Shown: positions 59,814 to 64,000 of the stretch, in pieces | Layout of the letters: each line of letters starts with the position of its first letter | Numbering within the stretch: position 1 is the first letter of the stretch | Assembly: GCA_949289935.1 (NCBI GenBank) | Contig: CASEQD010000005.1 | Span: 66,655 to 130,654, forward strand | Length of the DNA: 64,000 nucleotides | Reading direction: 5' to 3' | Origin: an uncultured Pseudomonadota bacterium | Lineage (GTDB): Bacteria > Pseudomonadota > Alphaproteobacteria > RF32 > CAG-239 | The notes under the pieces: generated by a model | The model's database searches: none | What the model saw: the letters and a program-made list of their open reading frames with translations, nothing else | What the model was told of the DNA's origin: nothing | Position numbers and translations under genes: made by a program

Positions 59814-60941
59814 ATGGACGTTAAAAATAATATGGAAGGTGTTTCTCTTTCTTTTCTTGAAGGGCTGGACAGGCCGGGAAAAGGAAAAAGCGCTTTTGAG
59901 GATGTTTCCCTTTTAAACAAAGCCCGGGACTACAACGTCAATCTTGACGATATGGAAAATATCCGCGAGGGAGAAGTGCCTTTTCCGAGGGAGCCGGAAC
60001 ATGACGTGCAAATTATCTCGGAACCTGAAGATGCATATGAAGAGCCTGCGCTGGAAAAAACCGGATTTGAAAAAACAGATGTCCACCTCCAGGATGTGAT
60101 AAACAAGTGTTTTCACGGTTCAGACCGCCCGATAACCATTATCCGTGACGATAAAATTGCATATGCGAATATGTCGTTTTTGAAACTGATTAAAGTAAAA
60201 AATTTTGTAAAAATACAAAATCATAATTTTTTGGAATATGTTGTTAAAGACTATTGGAACACCGTAGCGGAAAATATCGGCGAAGCTTTGACAACAAACA
60301 AAAGCATTCAGATTGGCATGAAAGATTCTCTGGGCGGCCTTTATAAAATTAATTTTGATGCTGTTTACATTCCCGACAATCACACTTTCAGCTTTATCTT
60401 AATCGGCGAACGCCGGGAAAGCAGACCGGGAGAAGGACAGTATTTATATGATGACGTCACCGGCCTGCCGACATATTATTTGCTGGAAGACCGGATACAA
60501 ACCATCATCAACAGCAAAAACAGCCGCTCTCCCAGTTTTGGCAAAATGTTGACCGCGCTGATAGGCGTGTCAATAGATAATATTGCCAATTTTGACCGTC
60601 TCGGCAATACCAACCTGATTTTAAAGCGTCTGACTTCGCGTATCGGATTAAGTTTGAACAAAACATATACGCTGGCCAGAGGGCTGAAACTTCAGTTTTG
60701 GATATTTATTCCGGATATTGAAAACGAAGAAGCCCTGAATACCGAAGTAAACAACATAAAATTGCTGTTTGAAGCGCCGTTGGAAGACAATTTCAGCCGT
60801 TATGAAGTAAAAGTCAGCTTGGGAATCAGTGTTTTTCCCGAACCGGCAACATCCGGAAAAAAACTCATTGAACAAGCCAGACTTGCTGTTGAAAAAGCAC
60901 AGAAAAACACATCCGGAAAAATCGTTTATTTCGGAGCCTGA
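59814..60941 (+). CDS. PAS-like + degenerate GGDEF-domain protein
   Basis: DDVTGLPTYYLLEDRI (compare DxLTGLxNR) and a GGDEF-fold layout. The GG(D/E)EF site reads ARGLKLQF. I chose ATG 59814 after AAGGAAG. Confidence 0.55.
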   Translation: MDVKNNMEGVSLSFLEGLDRPGKGKSAFEDVSLLNKARDYNVNLDDMENIREGEVPFPREPEHDVQIISEPEDAYEEPALEKTGFEKTDVHLQDVINKCFHGSDRPITIIRDDKIAYANMSFLKLIKVKNFVKIQNHNFLEYVVKDYWNTVAENIGEALTTNKSIQIGMKDSLGGLYKINFDAVYIPDNHTFSFILIGERRESRPGEGQYLYDDVTGLPTYYLLEDRIQTIINSKNSRSPSFGKMLTALIGVSIDNIANFDRLGNTNLILKRLTSRIGLSLNKTYTLARGLKLQFWIFIPDIENEEALNTEVNNIKLLFEAPLEDNFSRYEVKVSLGISVFPEPATSGKKLIEQARLAVEKAQKNTSGKIVYFGA

Positions 60942-61684
60942 ACAGCTTCATAAAAATTTTTTCCATCCCGCAAAATAGCTTCGGCCTGCTTTGTATAATT
61001 TCCTTCGGCATCATGAATAACAAGTCCCGGCATAATAACGGCAGGAGCTTTTGAGTCTTTTTGGGCGCAGATCATCACCCGCTTTGCATTTTGATTTTTT
61101 TTCGAAAACAGCGGAACAATGGTAATCCCTCCGGCCTTTCCGTTGAGAGCGGCGAGAATGCTGCTGACGGCGCCGGCGCGGTTGATTATATAAAGATGTC
61201 CTTTGGGAGCGGCCATTTTCAGGCAGAACTTAATCCATCCGGCAAGGCTGAAGTCTGTCATGTTATGGGCGGCGGCCTTGCTCTTGTTGGGCGAGGGCAT
61301 ATCACTGTCGGCATAAGGCGGATTGGTTACGACATGCCGAAAACTGCAATTGTCGGGAATTTCGCTCGTCTTTTGGCGGATATCAACATTCAGATAATGT
61401 AAAAAGTCAAAACCATTGGCTGCAGCGCTGAGGTTTGACAGTTCGGTCAAACCGGGCTGAAGTTCCAATCCGGTAATTTTCGCGCCGCAGTTCTTAAATC
61501 TTTCTGCCAGACACAACGAAACAGCCCCCGTTCCGGAACCGACGTCAAGAATTCTGTCTCCGTTTCTGACGGAAGCGACCATTGATGACAGCAGAACGGC
61601 ATCAATTGAAGCACGGTATCCGTTAACGGGTTGAAAAATTTTAACCCGTTTATTTAAAAGATAATCATTGGTATAATTCGGCAT
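60926..61684 (-). CDS. tRNA1(Val) (adenine37-N6)-methyltransferase-like (TrmN6/YfiC family)
   Basis: IFQPVNGYRASIDAVLL, SAM motif DVGSGTGAVSL, and catalytic NPPY (TNPPYA). Confidence 0.75.
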   Translation of the reverse strand: MPNYTNDYLLNKRVKIFQPVNGYRASIDAVLLSSMVASVRNGDRILDVGSGTGAVSLCLAERFKNCGAKITGLELQPGLTELSNLSAAANGFDFLHYLNVDIRQKTSEIPDNCSFRHVVTNPPYADSDMPSPNKSKAAAHNMTDFSLAGWIKFCLKMAAPKGHLYIINRAGAVSSILAALNGKAGGITIVPLFSKKNQNAKRVMICAQKDSKAPAVIMPGLVIHDAEGNYTKQAEAILRDGKNFYEAVQAPK

Positions 61685-61760
61685 AAAATAACTTTCTGAT
61701 TGTTTTTTGCGAAAATTTCAGATAAGATAACCTAAATTTTTAAGGAAAGGAAGCAAAATC

Positions 61761-62576
61761 ATGAAAACACTGATAGGAATTCCCGCCCGCTATGCGTCTA
61801 CGCGCTTTCCCGGAAAGCCTTTGGCCAAAATCGCCGGTAAGGAAATGCTGCTCCGAGTTTGGGAAAATGCCTCTAAAACCGCTGCGAAGTTTGAAAGCTG
61901 TCAACCTGTTGTTGCGACGGATGATGAACGTATAGCCGCTTTCTGTCGGGAACACGACATGGAAGTCGTAATGACGTCGCCGGATTGCCGAACCGGAACC
62001 GACCGCATTGTCGAATTGGCCGACAGCTTTGCCGACAAGCCCGAATTCGTGGTCAATCTGCAGGGAGACAACCCCATTTGCCCGCCTTGGTTTGTTGAAG
62101 AAATCATTGCCGCTTATTACAAAGACAACAGCGTTGAAACGGTAACGCCGGTTGTCCGTCTGAGCTGGGAAGAACTCGACAAACTGCGCGAAAATAAAAA
62201 ATCAACGCCTTTCAGCGGCACGACGGCGGTTTTTGATGCGGAAGGCAACGCTTTTTATTTTTCCAAAAACATCATTCCCGCCATTCGCAAAGAAGAAAAA
62301 ATCAAAGCGGAACAATCGGTGTCTCCGGTCTTCCGTCAAATCGGGCTCTATGGCTATCGTTATGATATATTGAAAAAAATTTCATCGCTGCCTGAAGGCT
62401 TTTATGAAAAACTTGAGGGGTTGGAACAGCTGCGTTGGATTGAAAATCACATCAAGGTAAAATGCGTCAAAGTAGATTATCGTGAGTTTCAAAAAATGTC
62501 TTCGTTGTCAGGCGTCGATTCACCGGACGATGTCGCCCGGGTAGAGGCTGTTTTGGCCGAATGTGGCGAATTCTGA
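61761..62576 (+). CDS. kdsB: 3-deoxy-manno-octulosonate cytidylyltransferase
   Basis: IPARYASTRFPGKPLAKI, NLQGDNP and the overall KdsB pattern. Confidence 0.85.
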   Translation: MKTLIGIPARYASTRFPGKPLAKIAGKEMLLRVWENASKTAAKFESCQPVVATDDERIAAFCREHDMEVVMTSPDCRTGTDRIVELADSFADKPEFVVNLQGDNPICPPWFVEEIIAAYYKDNSVETVTPVVRLSWEELDKLRENKKSTPFSGTTAVFDAEGNAFYFSKNIIPAIRKEEKIKAEQSVSPVFRQIGLYGYRYDILKKISSLPEGFYEKLEGLEQLRWIENHIKVKCVKVDYREFQKMSSLSGVDSPDDVARVEAVLAECGEF

Positions 62577-62589
62577 AAGGAGAACGGAT

Positions 62590-63237
62590 ATGACAACCCG
62601 CATAATCATTGCCCGTCACGGCAATACTTTTACCAAAGAACAAACCCCCACCCGCGTCGGCTGCCGTACGGATTTGCCGTTGGTTGAAACCGAGCGTGGA
62701 ACAAATGTCGGACGCTATCTTAAGACGCGGAATCTGATTCCTGTCTGTGTCTATTCGGCGCCGCTGAAACGGACGGCCGAAACGGCGCGTTTAGCCATAG
62801 CCGCCATGGAAAAGGACATCCCGTTGGAAATGGACGATTCTTTTGTAGAAATAGACTACGGACCGGACGAAAACAAAACCGAAGAGGAAGTTATTGCCCG
62901 CATCGGACAGGATGCCATTGACAAATGGAACAAAGAAGCCGTTGTCCCGGATGGCTGGAAAGTATCGGTCGACGGCATTATTAAGGCTTGGAAAGGCTTT
63001 GCCTCCCGGGTCGAAAAAAAACACAAAGGGCAAAATGTGCTGGTTGTGTCCAGCAACGGTATTATCCGCTTTGCCCCTTATCTGACTGGAGATTTTCAAA
63101 AATTCAGCCGGGAACATGACATCAAAGTCGGCACTGGTTCGGTTTGTGTTTTTGAAAAAAATGACGGTGATGCAAATTGGATTTGCACGGAATGGAACAC
63201 CAAACCCAAAGATTATTTTAAATCACTGGAAAAATAA
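62590..63237 (+). CDS. histidine phosphatase (phosphoglycerate mutase-like) family protein
   Basis: RHG motif (IIIARHGNT). I chose ATG 62590 after AAGGAG. Confidence 0.7.
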   Translation: MTTRIIIARHGNTFTKEQTPTRVGCRTDLPLVETERGTNVGRYLKTRNLIPVCVYSAPLKRTAETARLAIAAMEKDIPLEMDDSFVEIDYGPDENKTEEEVIARIGQDAIDKWNKEAVVPDGWKVSVDGIIKAWKGFASRVEKKHKGQNVLVVSSNGIIRFAPYLTGDFQKFSREHDIKVGTGSVCVFEKNDGDANWICTEWNTKPKDYFKSLEK

Positions 63238-63241
63238 GCAT

Positions 63242-63273
63242 AAGCCCCGGCATACCGGGGCTTGTATTTTTTT
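63242..63273. terminator. bidirectional rho-independent terminator
   Basis: AAGCCCCGG-CATA-CCGGGGCTT followed by a T-run, between convergent genes. Confidence 0.75.
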
Positions 63274-63290
63274 ATATCCGGCGAAAAAGG

Positions 63291-64000
63291 TTAATGCTTT
63301 TTCTCGGCAAGAATGTCTTTTGCCTTATCCAGAAGCGAATCATCCTGCGAAAGCACATGAAAAGCATGTGTCGGAGCTGTTGGAATGGGCTTGCTGGGCG
63401 TAACGGCAATATAATTGATGTCCCGTTTGGCAATACAATGCAGCGAAAATAAAACAAAACAGCCTGAAACAATCGAAAAACAAACCACAAAACTGAGACT
63501 GCCGAATAGCTGCATAATAAAAGAAATAATAATCGGACCGCCAATCATTCCCAAACTCTGCAGCATAATAAGCATGCCGCTGGCGTTCACGCGCAGGCTG
63601 TCGTCAATCTGATCGTTGACATGAGAAACGCAGACCGGATAAATGACAAAAGTGCAGGCGCCGAGCAAAAAGGAGGAAAAAACAAGCGGGAGGGTTCCCT
63701 GCGGGATAAACCAGTCGACCCATGGAGCAATCAAAAACATAATGCCGCAAACCCACATTATAACAAAGCGCCGGTCAAAACGGTCGGAGATTCTGCCGAC
63801 GGGAATTTGCGCCGCCAGTCCGCCGAAAATTCCGGCCGACATAAACAGTGATGTCTGCGCCAGATTAAGGCCGCTTTGAGAGGCATAAATCGTACCCAGA
63901 ATATAAAAAGATCCGACAAACACGCCGCTGGTCAGACAACCGGCCGCGCCCACCGGCGATATTTTAAACAGTTCCCGGAGTTTCATGCTTTTTTTGATGG
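63291..64000 (-). CDS. MFS transporter, C-terminal half (N-terminus beyond window edge)
   Basis: Six TM helices and the loop motif GRISDRFDRR. The reading frame stays open upstream of the listed Met through to the window end. Confidence 0.7.
   Translation of the reverse strand, partial: IKKSMKLRELFKISPVGAAGCLTSGVFVGSFYILGTIYASQSGLNLAQTSLFMSAGIFGGLAAQIPVGRISDRFDRRFVIMWVCGIMFLIAPWVDWFIPQGTLPLVFSSFLLGACTFVIYPVCVSHVNDQIDDSLRVNASGMLIMLQSLGMIGGPIIISFIMQLFGSLSFVVCFSIVSGCFVLFSLHCIAKRDINYIAVTPSKPIPTAPTHAFHVLSQDDSLLDKAKDILAEKKH

Overview
The window is a chromosomal segment that looks alphaproteobacterial, based on FlbT, FliX, a DUF1013/TrcR-like protein, an alpha-type FtsL and Caulobacter-like flagellins. 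Housekeeping genes make up most of it: dtd, alr, tatD, tcdA, uup, efp, rpmE, dksA, maf, an RNase E/G-family gene, yacG, mraZ-rsmH-ftsL-ftsI, rluD, kdsB, zapA and a ymdB-like gene. The [FeFe]-hydrogenase maturases hydF and hydG are also present. I found no rRNA, tRNA, CRISPR array, integrase or transposase.

Five things stand out.
1. A four-member family of secreted Cys-rich DUF1566/C-type-lectin-like proteins is present. Three members carry a C-terminal hypervariable cassette whose codon pattern resembles adenine-directed (DGR-type) diversification. No reverse transcriptase or template repeat is in the window.
2. A mosaic intergenic repeat family occurs in seven clusters. It combines polypyrimidine/CCTGAGTA arrays with conserved hairpin modules. 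The clusters flank those paralogs and one flagellin gene.
3. Four flagellin paralogs lie in the window, and only one is intact.
4. An orphan VirD4/TraG-type coupling ATPase sits in a tight minus-strand cluster with unknown membrane and charged proteins.
5. A membrane-anchored pseudokinase operon lies nearby.

Other candidates are a 6S RNA downstream of zapA and MraZ-box-like decamer repeats upstream of mraZ. All homology calls rest on motif recognition by eye; no search was run.
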